From assembly GCF_009914755.1 (NCBI RefSeq), contig NC_060942.1: a stretch of DNA of 64,000 nt. One strand, written 5' to 3'. The notes beneath the pieces were generated by a model that ran no database searches, was not told the DNA's origin, and worked only from the letters and a program-made list of their open reading frames with translations. Position 1 is the first letter of the stretch; each line of letters opens with the position of its first letter. Below are positions 1-13,450 of the stretch, piece after piece. Position numbers and translations under genes: made by a program. The stretch is from the human T2T-CHM13v2.0 reference genome, Homo sapiens.

Positions 1-934
1 CTCATCAATAAATTTCTCCACTGCTCCATGATCAACAGATGTTTTATTACCACAAACCTTTAAAAATTGAATGCCATTTTTATAAGTTTCTATCACGAGT
101 CTATTGAACATTCAGTTTCCAGTTTATTGTAATAGACCTTTGCTTGTTTCATTTATTGTAATAGACCTTTGCTTGTTTCATTTATTGTAATAGACCTTTG
201 CTCGTATCATTAAGTGGAATGTGTTCACTGTGATACTGACAAATTCACTCTTGCAATACACAATTGAAATCTTCATTTTTAACTTTGTGCAGTCTTTTAA
301 AGAATCAACTTTGATTAACTTTCAGCATAGAATTTCAACAATTTATCCTTCTGTTTCTTCAGGTTATATATGGTGGTCATTCCAACACTATACTCTTCTG
401 TAAGATGTTTCATGCTTATACCACTGTCTAGCTTCTCCAACAACTGGACTTCCTGTGCTATCCATAAACAAAGGCATTCTCTTTTTCTTATTACTGTTAC
501 CCACAGAGGTATCTCCGGGCCTTGCTGGTATTTTCAACAATACCCTTATGCCACAGAACAAAGTATAAGCAAAACAAAACACTGTAAATAAGGCACATAG
601 GTCTTGGCTCCACATGGGTCATTGTGAGAAATATGCTGTTGGCGTGTCCGAACTGCACACATGACATTTTCTTACATTTTATGAGTGTGCTTCTGTGGGA
701 CAATTTGGGCATGTGCAGAAAAGATACTCTCACAGCCAAAAGGGGCTGAAAGGATCTTTTTTCCACTGGGAACACTAAATAAACTGTGTGTTGTGCATCT
801 GCATTTTGACGAAGACCCACCATGTTAGGTCAGGTGTGAAACTTTCCACTTGCGATGCCATGTCAGCTAGCAAAAGGTTTTGGATCTTGGAGCATTTTAG
901 GTTTTGAATTTTTGGACTAGAGATGCTCACCTTG
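1..934 (-). mobile_element. Tigger4/Zombi-like (TcMar-Tigger) DNA transposon with a decayed transposase, cut by the window edge
   Basis: Terminus ttttggatcttggagcattttaggttttgaatttttggactagagatgctcaccttg followed by TA. Minus strand encodes the frameshifted CENP-B-type HTH remnant QLLEKLDSGISMKHLTEEYSVGMTTIYNLKKQKDKLLKFYAES. Confidence 0.8.
123..209. repeat. Tandem repeat, 3 x 29 bp
   Basis: Unit tttattgtaatagacctttgcttgtttca at 123, 152 and 181; the third copy has 2 mismatches. Confidence 0.95.
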
Positions 935-936
935 TA

Positions 937-1240
937 CTTCATTCATTTTATGCTGAATAATATTCCATTCTATGGAGATACCACATTTTGTTGTCATTCA
1001 ACAGTTGACAGACATTGGGACTGGGTCAACTTTCTGACTATTATAAATAGTGTGTTTATACACATTCATGTACAAGATTTTGTATGAATGTGTATTTTCA
1101 TTTCTGTTGGACACATACCTTGGAGTGGAATTGTTTGGTCATGTGGTAACTCGGTGCTTAACATTTGTAGGTGTGCAGTTATGCCACTATGCATTCACCA
1201 CAACAATATATGAGGGTCCCCATTTCACCACGTACTATAA
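937..1240 (-). mobile_element. Old L1M fragment (3' ORF2/UTR region)
   Basis: L1M-type text: gctgaataatattccatt...ccacattttg...tacctggagtggaattg-like...caacaatatatgagggtcccatttc. Confidence 0.7.
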
Positions 1241-1616
1241 CTTTTGTGTTCACATATAGGACATTTGTTCAGATCTTTATTACCTTTTCCCTAGACAATT
1301 GCTATATCCTTCTGCTTTCATTATTTGCCTTCAGTCTTTCATTTATTGCAATTTATCCCATAATACCACTAATAACAGTTTCTCTTTTTCCTAAGCAATA
1401 CTTTCTGTCACTACCCTATCTCACCAAACTCAAAAATTATCGACAACCCAAGAGGAAAACTGTAAATAGCTTATTCTAAAAAAAAGAAAAAAAAAGATTC
1501 AGAGGCCAGTAAAATTTGATACCTGTTTCCCAACAGCTTATATTATTTCACAACTAAAACTCTCCAGTTCAAACAAAACTACTTATGCATAGTCTTAGAG
1601 TTACATCTTGAGTGAG

Positions 1617-1720
1617 CAAGACTAGCTTTAACTGCCTGTGGCCCATGCCATCATGGAGGGCCCCATACTTAGATGAGCCTTGAACCCACTTAAATGCTCA
1701 GCTGTCATCTTAAAATTCTT
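1617..1720 (+). mobile_element. MER45A-like hAT element, left half
   Basis: caagactagcttta...agggccccatacttagatgagcc...ttaaatgctcagctgtcatcttaaaattctt resembles the recalled MER45A 5' half. Confidence 0.7.
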
Positions 1721-4700
1721 TTTTTCAAGTGTACAAAATACTTATTTTTACTAAAGTGAACGTATTGTCTGTACCGGCAACTTTGGACTTCCTATGAAAT
1801 AAACCAATGAGATGTATTACCACAACATAACTTATACCTATGGCTCAAGGAGGACTATGGCTCTTTTCTGTGGCACTGACCTAAAATTAGGGCACATTTC
1901 TGTCATTTCTTCACCCTCCACCCCTCATTCAGGATTGGCCTAGGGTAGCAAGGCATAGCCCCTGCTCTGTAACTGACTCTCATCTCCTCAGGACAGAAGG
2001 TTCTTACTGCTACCCAGACCTCTGATCCTGAGTTCCTTTTTTCCACTTTTTTTCTCAGATTTATTGAAGTGTAATTGACAATAAAATTTGATTGTATATA
2101 TTTATGTGTACAATGTGATTATTTGATATATCTATATATTGTGAAATGATTACCATAATCAATCACCTCCCATAGCTACCATTTGTGTGTGTGTGTCTGT
2201 GTGTCTGTGTGTGTGGTGAGAACACTTAAGACTTACCCTTCTAGTAAATTTCAAGTGCATAATACAGTAATATTAATTATAGTCTCCATGATGTACATTA
2301 GATATATAGAAATTATTCCTCTTAAAAAAAACTTGGAAACTTTTGACTAATACATCTCTATTTCCCTACCCCCAGCCCTAAACACCATTGTACTCCCCAC
2401 TTCTATGGGTTTGATTTTTCTAGATTCCATATGTAAGTGAGATCATGCATTATTTTTCTTTGTCTAACTTATTTTATTTATCATAAAGTCCTCCATGTTC
2501 ATTCATATTATGGCAAATGACAGGATTTCCTTTTGTTTAGCACTGAATAATTGTCCATTGTGCGATATATGTCACATTTTCTTTGTCTGTTGATCTGGTG
2601 ATAGACATGTTGGTTGATTCCGTATCTTGACTATTGTGAATAAAGTTGCAACAAATATGGGAGTGCAAATATCTCAGTGACATACTAATTTCATTTCCTT
2701 TAGATATATACCCAGAAGTAGAATTGCTGGATCATATGGTAGTTTTATTTTTAATTCTATGAGGAAACTCCATACTGTTTTTCATAAGCTGTACCAATTT
2801 ATATCCCCATCAAAACTATACAGCAGTTCTTTTCTCTATATCCTCTCCAAAACTAATTATCTCCTATTGTTTTGATAATTGCCATTTTAACAGGTGCAAG
2901 GTGATATATTATTGTGATTTTGATTTGGAGTACCAAAATGATTAATGATGTTGAATTTTTTTCATATACCTGCTGGCCATTTGTATTTCTTCTTTTGAGA
3001 AATGACTTTTCTGATACTTAGACAATTTTTTAATAGAGTTTTTTTGTTTTCTTGTTTATGAGTTGTTTGAGTTCCTTATATATGTTGGATGTTACCGCTT
3101 ATCTAATGTATGGTTTGCAAATATTTTTTCTCATTCCTTCAGTTATCTCTTCATCTGTTATTTCCTTTGCTATGCAGAAGTTTTTAGTTTGATGCAATTC
3201 TGTTTACCTGTTTTTGCTTTTGTTGCCTGTACTTTTGGGGTCATATCAAAGAAATCATTGCCCAGACCAATGTGTCAAAAAGCTTTTCCTCTACGTTTCC
3301 TTCTAGTAGTTTCATGGTTTCAGGTGTTACATTTAAGTATGTAACCCTTTTTGAGTTAATTTATGTATGTGGTGTGAGATAAGGGTCCAATTTCCCTCTT
3401 CTGCATACAGATATCCAGTTTTTCCAACATAGCTTATTAACGAGATTGTCTTTTGCCCATTGTGTGTTCTTTGTTAAAGACCAACTGACCATAAGTGTGT
3501 GGACTTATTTCTGGGCTCTCTATTCTGTTCCATTGGTGTATACATCTATTTTTATGCCAGTACCATGCTGTTTTGATTGCTGTAGGTTTGCATTATAATT
3601 TGAGGTCAGGTAGTATGATACCTCCAGCTTCATTCATTTTGCTCAAGATAGCTCTGGCCTTTCAAGGTCTTTTGTAGTTTCATATAAAATTTGAGATTGT
3701 TTTTCTATTTCTATAAAAATAAGTCTTTAGAATTTTGATAAGAATTATGCTGAACTTGTAGATTGCTTCAGATAATATATACATTTTAGCATTATTAATT
3801 CTTTCATTTATTTTGACTTTTTCAACTTCTTTTTTCAATGTTTTATAGTTTTGAGCATACATATCTTTTACCTTCTTGATTAAGTTTGTGTCTACATAGT
3901 TTATTCTTTTTGATGCTATTGTAAATGTAATTTTTTCTCACTTCTTTTTCTGATATTTAAAAAACTCAACTTGATTATTGTATGTTAATATTTTATCCTG
4001 CAACTTTCCCGAGTTTGTTTATTCGTTCTAGCAGTTGGTGTTGTGCTTGTTTTGTTGCTGTTGAGGCTTCAGGGTTTCCTATGTGTAATATTATATTGCC
4101 TGAGAACAGAAAATGTTACTTCTTTCTTTAACAAGTTAGATGGCTTTATTTCTTTTTCTTACTGAATTCTTCTGGCTAGAATTTCCAGTACTATCTTGAG
4201 TAGAAGTGGGTAAAGTGGTCATTTTGGTCTTGGTCCTGACATTAGAGAAAAAGTTTCAACATTTTACTGTTACGATGTTAGCTGTAGTCTTGTCATATAT
4301 GGCCATTACTATGTTGAGGTATATTCTTTTTGCATTTAATTTGTTGAGAGTTTTCATCATGAAATGATATTAAATTTTATCACTTTTTTTGCATCTGTTA
4401 AGATGGTCATACAGTATCGATCCTTCGTTCTGGTATCATGGAGTCTTACATTTATTGATTTGTATATATCAAACCCACCTTACACCCCAGCAATATATCT
4501 CATTTGAAAATGGCATACGATACTTTTAATTTGCTGTCGAATTCAATTTGCTAGTATTTCATGGAGGATTTTTGTCTCTATGTTCATCAGAGATATTGAC
4601 CTGTAATTTTCTTTTCTTTTTAGTGTCCCTGTCTAGCTTTGACGTCAAGATAATTCTGGTGTTGTAAAATGAGTTTAGAAGTGTTCTCCACTCTTCAATT

Positions 4701-5097
4701 TTTTATAAGAGTTTCAGAAAAAGACGGCATTAATTCTTTTTTAAATGTTTCATGAAATTAACCAGCAAAGCCATCTGGTCTTGAGCTTTTTTGTTGTTGT
4801 TGTTGGGTTTTTAATTACTGACTCAACCTTCTTACTTGTTATTGGCCTGTTCATATTTTCTATTTTTCATAATTCAATTTTGGCAGATAATATGTTTCTA
4901 GAAATTTATTTTTTTCTGGTTAAGCAATGTGTTGTTATATAATTGTTTCAGAAGTCTAAGATCCTTTGTATTTGGGGAGCATCAGTTGTAAAAATCTCCT
5001 TTTTTAATAATTTTATCTATTTGAATCTTTTCTGTTTTTCATAGTTAGACTTACTAATGATTTGTCAATTTGTTTGTCTTTTAAAAAAACAACTCTT

Positions 5098-5400
5098 GGC
5101 CGGGCGCGGTGGCTCACACCTGTAATCCCAGCAATTTGGGAGACCAAGGCAGGCGGATCACGAGGTCAAGAGATCAAGACCATCCAGACTAACACGGTGA
5201 AACCCCATCTCTGTTAAAAATACAAAACATTAGCAGGGCCCTGTGGCGGGCGCCTGTAGTCCCATCTACTCAGGAGGCTGAGGCAGGAGAATGGCATGAA
5301 CCCGGGAGGCAGAACTTGAAATTGAGCCGAGATCACACCACTGCACTCCAGCCTGGGAGACAGAGCAAGACTCCATCTCAAAAAAAAAAAAAAAAAAAGA
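5098..5400 (+). mobile_element. AluY inserted in the L1
   Basis: Full dimer with A tail; TSD-like flanks aacaactctt / aacaagtctt. Confidence 0.93.
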
Positions 5401-6871
5401 ACAAGTCTTAGTTTTGTTACTCTTTTCTACTGTTTTTCTAGTCTCTTTCCTTTGGTTTTTCTCTGCTGTTTATTATTATTTTCCTTCTGTTAATATTGGA
5501 ATTTGAATGTTCCTTTTCTAGTTCCTTGGGGTCAAATAATAGGTTATTTCAGTTCTTTCTTTTTTCTTAATGTAGTCATTTATTGCTACAAAATTCCTTC
5601 TTAGAACTGATTTTACTGCATTCCCTAAGTTTTGATATGTTGTGTTTTTGTTTCCATTTGTCTCCAGATTTTTTTAAAATTTCTTTTTTATTTCTACTTT
5701 GATTCATTTGTTCTTTAGGAGTGCATTCTTTAATTTTCACATATTTGTGAATTTTCTATTTTTCTCCTGTTATTTATTTCTAGTTTCATAGCATTGTAAT
5801 TATAAGCGATACTTGATATGATTTCAATCTTCCTAAATTGTTAAAACTTGCTCTGTGGCCTAACAGGTGATATATCCTGGAGAACGTTCTCTGTACACTT
5901 AAAAAGAATGTATATTCTGCACTTGTTGGATAAAATGCTTTATCTATATCTACTGGGTCTATTTGGTCTATAGTGTTGTTCAAGTCTTCCATTTCCATAC
6001 TTATTTTCCATCTAAATGATCTGTTAATTATTGAAAGTGGGGTATTAATGATCCCTACTATCATATTGCTGTCTGTTTCTCCTTTCAGTTGCATTAATAT
6101 TTGTTTTATATATCTAGTGCTCCAATGTTGGGAGCATGTTTATGATTTTTATATCTTCTTGATAAATTGGCCCCTTTATCTTTATATAATGACTTAACTT
6201 GTTTCCTGTATCAGTTTTTGACTTAAAGTATATTTAGTCTGATGTAAATGAGGCTATCCCCACTTTCTTTTGGTTACCATTTGCAGGAAATATCTTTTTC
6301 CATTCCTTTACTTTCAGCCTATACATGTCCTTAAAACTAAAGTGAGTCTCTTCAGGCAACATATAGTTGTATCTTTTTTTAATCAATTCAGTCACTCTAT
6401 ATCTTTTCATTAGGTAATTTAATCCATTTACATTTATGTTTAAAGTAATTATTGATAGGTAAGAACTTTACTACTGCCATTGTGTTCATTATTTTCTGAC
6501 TGTTTTGTAGTCCCTTTGTTTATTTCTTCTTCTCTTACTGTCTTCTTTTGTGATTTTATGGGGCTTTTTTTTGTATACTGGTATGTTTTGATTTCTGTAT
6601 CTTTATATTTTGTGTATCTACTACAGGATTTTTTGTGTGTTTCCCATGAGGTCTCCATAAAACACTTTTTAGTTGTAACAGTCTATGTTAAGCTGATAAC
6701 AACTTACCTTCAATTGCATACAAAAACTCTCTTCTTTAACTTCTCCTTCTCTGACAGTATATGTTATTTTATGTCACCATTTGCTATTAACATATATTAT
6801 ATATTTAGTATCCATTAATTTTGGTATAGTTTTTGTTGGTGTGTGTGTTTGTTTTTTACTTGTTTGTTTTT

Positions 6872-7022
6872 GGGGATGGGATCTCACTCTGTCACCCAGG
6901 ATGAAGTCCAGTGGCACAACCATAGCTCACTGCAGCCTTGAACTCCTGGGGTCAAACAATCCTCCTGTCTCAGCCTCCCCAGTGGCTGGGACTACAGGTG
7001 CATGCCACCATGCCTGGCTATT
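6872..7022 (-). mobile_element. Alu right monomer (FRAM/AluJ-like)
   Basis: tctcactctgtcacccagg...catagctcactgcagccttgaactcctggg...accatgcctggcta with no left arm. Confidence 0.85.
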
Positions 7023-9102
7023 TTAATACTTTTTGCTTTTTAACTTTTATACTAGAGTTAAAGGTGACTTACACGTGACTATTACAATATTAGAGTATTC
7101 TGAATTTATCTATATTCTTAGCTTTTCAGTGAGTTTGATACTTACACGTATTTCATGTTTTTAGTCTTTTCATTTCAACTTGAAGAACTACCTAGGATTT
7201 CTTGCAAGGCAGGTCTAGTGGAGATGAATTCCCATAGCTATTGTTTGTCTAGAAAAGTCTTTTTCTCTTCTTCATTTCTGAAGAATACCCCTGATGGGTA
7301 TAGTATTCTTGGTTGGCAGTTTTGTTTTGTTTTGTTTTTTCATTCAGCACTCAAATATATCATCCCATGCTTTCTGGGCCTGCAAGATTTCTGCTGGGAA
7401 GTCCTTTGATAGTCTTATGAGTTCCCCTTGTATGTGACAAGTTGCTTTTCTCTTGCTGTTTTCAAAGTTTTCTCTTTGTCTTTGACTTTTGATAATTTCA
7501 TTATAATATGTCTTGGTAAAGATCTCCTTATATTTAATCTATTTTGGATTATTTGTGCTTCATGAATCTGAGTACTCATTTTCCTCTCCAGATTTGGGAA
7601 GTTTTCTGTCATTATTTCTTTAAATTACTTTTCATCTTCTTTCTCTTTCTCTACTCCTTCTGGGAATTCCATAATGCACATATCATTTTATTTTGTCTAA
7701 TAAGTCCCATAGACTTCTTCACTTCTTTAATTCTTTTTCTGATTCTTTGACTTGATAATTTCAAATGACCTGTCATCAAGCTTGCTGATTTTTCTCCTTG
7801 ATCAAGTCTGCCATTTAAGCTCTCCATAGAATTTTTCAATTCAGTCATTGAGTTCTTCACCTCCCAAATGACTGTTTTTTATAGTTTCTATCTCTTTGTT
7901 TAACTTTTATTTTGTTTGTATGTTGTTTTTCAGACTTCCGTTATTTGCCTATCTATGTTTTTTGTAGCTCACTGAGATTTTTTATGTTTCTTTATTTTGA
8001 GATATTTGTCTGATAGTTCATAGATCTCCATTTCTTCAGAGTCAATTATTGATGGTATCATGTTTCCCTGGTTATTCATTATCTTAGTTGACTTTTACTG
8101 GTGTCTTCACATTTGAAAAAGTAGATATCTTTTCCAGTCTTTACAGACTGGCTTTGGCAGGGAAAGCCCTTTACCATTCAACCTGTTCACAGATTCTAGC
8201 AAGCCATTTGGTGGTGTCTACTGGTGGGCTTCCTACTACCATCCTTAGGTAGTCTGGTCTGGTATCTGGGTCCATATGCTGGCCTGGTGCCAGGTTCCAC
8301 TTGGGTGGGCCTAGTGACTGGGTGCCCAGAGATAGGCATTGAATCTGGATCCACAAAGGGGGTTCTAGAGCCTGTATCTGCAGAAGCCAGCATGAAGCCT
8401 TGATTTACAGGAGCTGATATGGGACTAGAAAGAGCCTGGCCTCTGGGTCCATAGGAATAGGCCTGAAGCCTAGGTCTGCAAGGGCCAGCCAGATCCTGGA
8501 GTGATCCAGGAGCTTTACTCTACAGATGCAAGCCCTGCTTCTGGGTTTACAGTGGCTGGTCTGGAGCCTGGGTCCACAGTAGCCAGACAAGTACCAGAGT
8601 CTACTGGAACAGGCCTGGACCCTGGATTCACTAGAGTGGGCCTGGAGCTTGGGCCTTCTGGAGTGTAGGGCTGCAGGGGCTACCCTACTGTTGTGGTGGG
8701 CCTGGAGTCTGAGTCTGTGGTGGCTGGCCTGGACCGTGGGGCTATGGGAGCTGGCTTGACACCAAGGTTCATTTGGGGTGAGCCTGTTGCTGGAATACAC
8801 AGTGAAGTCAAATGTTAACTTCACATGACTTTTCCCCTGCTTTGAGTATCTCTCTGTATGCTATTCTGCCCAGGCTTGGGGAAGCAGTGACATAGTTAAT
8901 ATGAAACTATCCTTCCTGCTCACTCAATGCATTTTGTCTTATTTTTATGCTCCACCTAAGTGCTATGATCTCTCACCTGGCTTCCTTAGCTTTTGTGAAA
9001 GTTTTTTCATGCGTAGATGGTTATTCAAATTGATGGTTCTGTTAGGGAATGAGCACTGGAGAGTTTTATTCTGCCATCTTGCTGTCACTCCAAAAGCTCC
9101 TC

Positions 9103-9181
9103 AATTTCTTAACAGTGTTTTAACAAAAGGCTCAATGTTTTTATTTTGTGATGAAACATGCAAATTATACAGCCAGTCCTG
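9103..9181 (+). mobile_element. MER45A-like hAT element, right half
   Basis: ttcttaacagtgttttaacaaaaggc...ttttattttg...caaattatacagccagtcctg continues the recalled consensus from where the left half stops. Confidence 0.7.
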
Positions 9182-10752
9182 TCTGTGAAAGTCCTGGAGT
9201 TCTAGTATATAGCCCCACTATTCAGCATACACTATTTGCATCGCAATTTCTTTTATTAACATTGCAAAACACTTGCCTTCTATGTTTCATATTAGTCGAT
9301 TCTTTATGTTCCTCCTATGACATTAATGTTCACCAAGTTTTCACTCTGCTGTCAGTTTTTATCTTTATTCTTTTGGAGAAGTCATGATACCTATCATTAT
9401 TTTATTTTTAGTTCACAGACCAAGCTGATATATAACCTGAAATAGTTTGGCAACTTTATTTTTGACTTTGAGATCCAGACTCTTTGGACATTTTTTAAAA
9501 GTACTCTAGCTTAGAACAAAGGCTCTCATAGTAGAAGTTTTGATCAAATATACCTTGATATTGCAAAAGTCCCTCAGGCAAAAAAAAAAAAAGTATGTAA
9601 TTTCCAAGTGGAAAAGATTTCTAGCTTATAAATTTCTTTTCTATCCTAAAAAGCACCTAGTACCTTTTAGCTTTAGCAAGCACACCATTTTGGCCACAGT
9701 GTATAGACATACCTCACTCTCAGAGAAGGTGCCTGCTTCAGAGTAAGTGTAGGATAATTGAAAGTTTACAAATTAGCACATTCCTTCATTGCTTTAAAGT
9801 GTCAACTCAGAGACAGGAGGTAGAATTCCACAAGAAATAATGTAAACTTAATTATTTAAAAGAAGGCATAATTCTACAAGTTTTTAAAAAGGTTTAGACC
9901 CATATTTCAAGGTTTCATCTTCTATTGATCTGCCACCAACAATGCCATAGTAGACAGTGAAATAAGCCAATTTTTAAAACTAGTGAAACTGTTCACATTA
10001 GGGGAGATTTTAGACACATTAAAATCAGATTCACCTTTTCTGGTCTAAAAACAAAATAAAATCCAACCGAATACTTGAAGAATTGTGAGGAAATAGTAGC
10101 CATATTGTCTATTTCATAATTAGATTAAAGTTTGCTTTAAAATTTTCTTTAAGGTGTGGTTTTTCTTTCTTCATAACATTCATTGACTGTATTTTACCAA
10201 TGTTTAATTCAATTATTTCAAGTTTATCAGACAATAAACTTTGGTGAAGTTTCTTTGAATTTGAAATAAGCGAGTAAAAAATGGAGCACTGAGTATGTAT
10301 TCTTTGTCATCAAGACTTAGAAAAACATGCAATTCTTTACTATTGGTTTTCAAATTAGACCTCTGCTAAGTAACTTCTATCTGCTTGTTTTAAAACAGTG
10401 TGTAGACCTGTAAAAATTCCAAATCAAACACTTCACTGAAAAAAAAATGAATGGAGTTACTGTTTGGGCAAACTGACCTCTTTGGTTAAACAATTAAATC
10501 CAACTTCTAGGAGTCTCTCGAGCCATTATAATTTTATTAAATATTAAGTCCATAAAATTTCACTTCAAAGTGCTTAAATTCTGCAGCCCTGAATTAGGAT
10601 CTGAAGATTAATGAGATAGTTTATCATCACCAACTAGTCCACAAGAGAATGAATACTAATTAATTCATCATCAACAGAACTACCCCAAATGAGAACATCC
10701 ATACAGAAAACACATAGCTGTACTATTACCTAAAATATTAAGACAGTATAAT

Positions 10753-10950
10753 TGAGTGTTTTCAATATTGGCTGCACATCAGAGTAACCCACATATGTGT
10801 GCAGAGGTTGTGGGTGTGAAGATCAGGGGTGAAAAATTACCAGGGCATGAGGAGTCCTACCCTCAGAATTTCTGATTTATTCGGTTCTGGTGGAGCTGGG
10901 AACTGGATATATTGTAAAGCATCCCAAGTATTTTTAATGTGCACTTTGGT
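10753..10950. mobile_element. MER5A-like hAT-Charlie element
   Basis: agtgttttcaatattggctgcacatcagag...ctcagaatttctgatttattcgg...catcccaagtatttttaatgtgca. Confidence 0.65.
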
Positions 10951-12050
10951 GGATACAATTTTTTTTTCAATTTATCACCAAGAATTTTAATACAGCCTCA
11001 GACAAATGAGTAATGGATTCATTGTAGCTGCACCTATAGATTTGCATGAAAAAGTCTCAATATCATTTTTCCACGTGAAAGAAGTTTTGTTTTATGCTAA
11101 AATAAATGCGGGGCACTTTCCTTAAAACAGAGCCCTGAATTGTGGTGGTGAAGGTTCTGTTTGCTTTGTTTCACTTTGTGTTTCATCTGTGGGCATGATA
11201 ATTACAGCTGAGTCCCAGCAGCATATGGCAGTGGGCTGGGGAGAAGAAAACCAAATGAGGACAAAAGCACAAATACAAAAATAAACATAAGTCAAGTTTG
11301 TGCTACTGGGTAGTTTTCTTTCATCTTTCTGTGAGGTTAATTAACTGCACAATATGTCTTTGCCACTCTGATGCATCCAAAGCATCCCAGAAGGCTCCTC
11401 CTCCACAATCTAAATTATAATGATGCCTGACGGTTGCAGAATTTTTAGTTTAACTAGAGTGTACTGAATCATTCTGGACAATGCAAAAGTGAACCTTAAC
11501 CATTGTCCATATTATAAACTGAACTTCCACTGCAGGATCTTACTGAGGCCAAGAGCTGGTGCTGACAGATTCCACAACACACATTCTGCACTCTGGCTGT
11601 GAGAGGTCCTACCCCACACTATATCAAACCTACCAAATGCCCCCATCAACCACATTAAAATTGCTTCAAAAGTTTTTACAAGGAGTATTATAAATTTGCT
11701 TTTAAAATTATCTGCCTATGAGCCCTTCATTTCATTATAATTGGCAATTATTTATCTGCAGTTTTGAAGAATTGAGAAAAAATTATCCCACAGATTGTTT
11801 TCAATATATGAAGATGACAAGTTACCTTTTGTGAACACTTAACTAAACGTTATTTGGTTCTTTAGAGTTTTGTCCTTAAGTTTTATATCAAACATTTCTT
11901 TTCTAGTCCAAGATGTTATGATAGTCCTCTAACATCTCTTAAGCCCTAGACCTGTGCCTAAGTATCTAATGAATAAACAAGACCTCGGTGCCCCGACTCT
12001 GAGATTCCGATGAGAGACTGAATCCACAAAGGGATAGTGGACAGAATATA

Positions 12051-12320
12051 TGTGACAATAGAACTCTGAGCTACAATTCCTGCAACAGACAGCCCAGAGC
12101 AGACAGAACTAGTCATGGCCTGCCAGCTACTCTATTCCTCCTTTCTCTCCAATCAGAACTTGCCTCAAGCCTTCCCTTTTTCCACTATAAAGCTTATTTC
12201 CCTAATTGCCTTTGAGTCTCTGCCAACCGCCGGTGATTGCGGCTGATTCCCTTGCTATAGTAAGTACCAAGTGAATAGCTTCGCTTGTTTTCATTCAACT
12301 AGTCTTCCTTTATTTCCAAG
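12051..12320 (+). mobile_element. ERV LTR fragment (ERVL-like; family uncertain)
   Basis: ccaatcag, ctataaagc and tgcctttgagtctctgccaac...ggctgattcccttgctatag, a typical U3-R layout. Confidence 0.5.
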
Positions 12321-13219
12321 CCAGCAAGGAAATATCGGACAGGAGCTGGTGACTGACTCCACATCTGACTTCTAATGATGTCTTTCATTCCAGCTTGCAT
12401 TTAGAGGTCTACATGACATTATATGCCTAATGAAGAGAGAGGGAATCAGCAGTTTACATTGAAGAGACTAAAGAATTTGGTAATTCAATACCATAGCAGT
12501 ATAGTCCATTCTGATTGATAAAATATTGGTGCATTTTAAAATAATAAAGTTTTTACTAATCACTTTTTGAAGCAGATTAATCTGCAAAATAGTGGCCTTT
12601 ATGCAAAAGACCACATAATCCCTGGCCAAAGGTAAGAATCATTTAGGATCATTCAAATCCAACTAGGAGTAACAATACAAAGAGAAATGGCTATTAGTCA
12701 CATGGGTGTCAAAATTATTTCTCTTTCTTGAGAATATAAAAAAAAACCTTAGAGCTACAATGTTATATTAGTGAACATAATGAAATAAAACTGTGCAATA
12801 TTGACTCCCAATAGCCTTACCTTCATTCACTACCTTTAGCTGTAGAGGTTTTCTCATTCCTCCACAGACTTCAACAGCATAATGTAGGAAATCAGCAATT
12901 TAAACACAGTCCATTTTATTATTGATGCAAAGACAAACCAGTGAGGAGAGAAACATAGATCTGAATTTCAAGTATCCAAAGCTGTATAATTAAAATTCAA
13001 GATTATACTTAATCATCCAGATTTCCCAATTGTATAAGCAGTGCTCTAGAATTAGGGCAGTCTTGACTCACTATAGCATCTTTTACTGTTCTCATTTGCT
13101 GACTGAAATACTATGGCCAGAAACAAACAGAAGAAAATGAGTGTATGTGTATGTGTATGTGTATGGATGTATGTTTGTGTGTGTTCCAAAGAACCGTATT
13201 CCTATTGTTTCTACATGCC

Positions 13220-13450
13220 CTTGATCTTAAGTGTTCTCATCTCTCTCTCTCTCTCACATACACATGCACATACACACACATGCATGCGCACAAACACACA
13301 ACTGTAGGAGGTGATGATTATGTGAATTAGCTTGATTGTGGTAATTATTTCACAATGTAGATATATATCAAAACATCATGTTGAATATCTTAAATTATTT
13401 ACAATTTCAGTTTGTTGTACCTCAATAAAGCTCAGAAAAAATAAAATAAA
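13220..13450 (+). mobile_element. L1MA 3' end fragment with CT/CA microsatellite
   Basis: aggtgatgattatgtgaattagcttgattgtggtaattatttcacaatg...cctcaataaagct followed by an A-rich tail. Confidence 0.8.

Larger units (their letters stand above)
2037..9102 (-). mobile_element. Near full-length ancient L1 (L1MA9-like 3' end, decayed ORF2 and ORF1, GC-rich 5' UTR)
   Basis: 3' end tttattgaagtgtaattgac...ggtgagaacacttaagac. Endonuclease remnant at 5786-6094 (NTPLS...DLNNTIDQID...YTFF...TFSRIYHLLGH). ORF1p remnant at 7415-7612 (ENFPNL...PRHIIMKLSKVKDKEK...LVTYKG). 5' start motif gagtgacagcaagatggcagaata near 9070-9090. Confidence 0.92.

Noticed and set aside
123-209. 29-bp repeats as a CRISPR-like array
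   Set aside because: The copies are head to tail with no spacers and lie inside a transposon fossil.
5786-7860. L1 ORF1/ORF2 ORFs as functional genes
   Set aside because: Short fragments broken by stops and frameshifts; a dead element.
8171-8824. 139-aa and neighbouring ORFs in a GC-rich patch
   Set aside because: They lie in the repetitive L1 5' UTR; higher GC explains the lack of stops and the peptides resemble no family I recognise.
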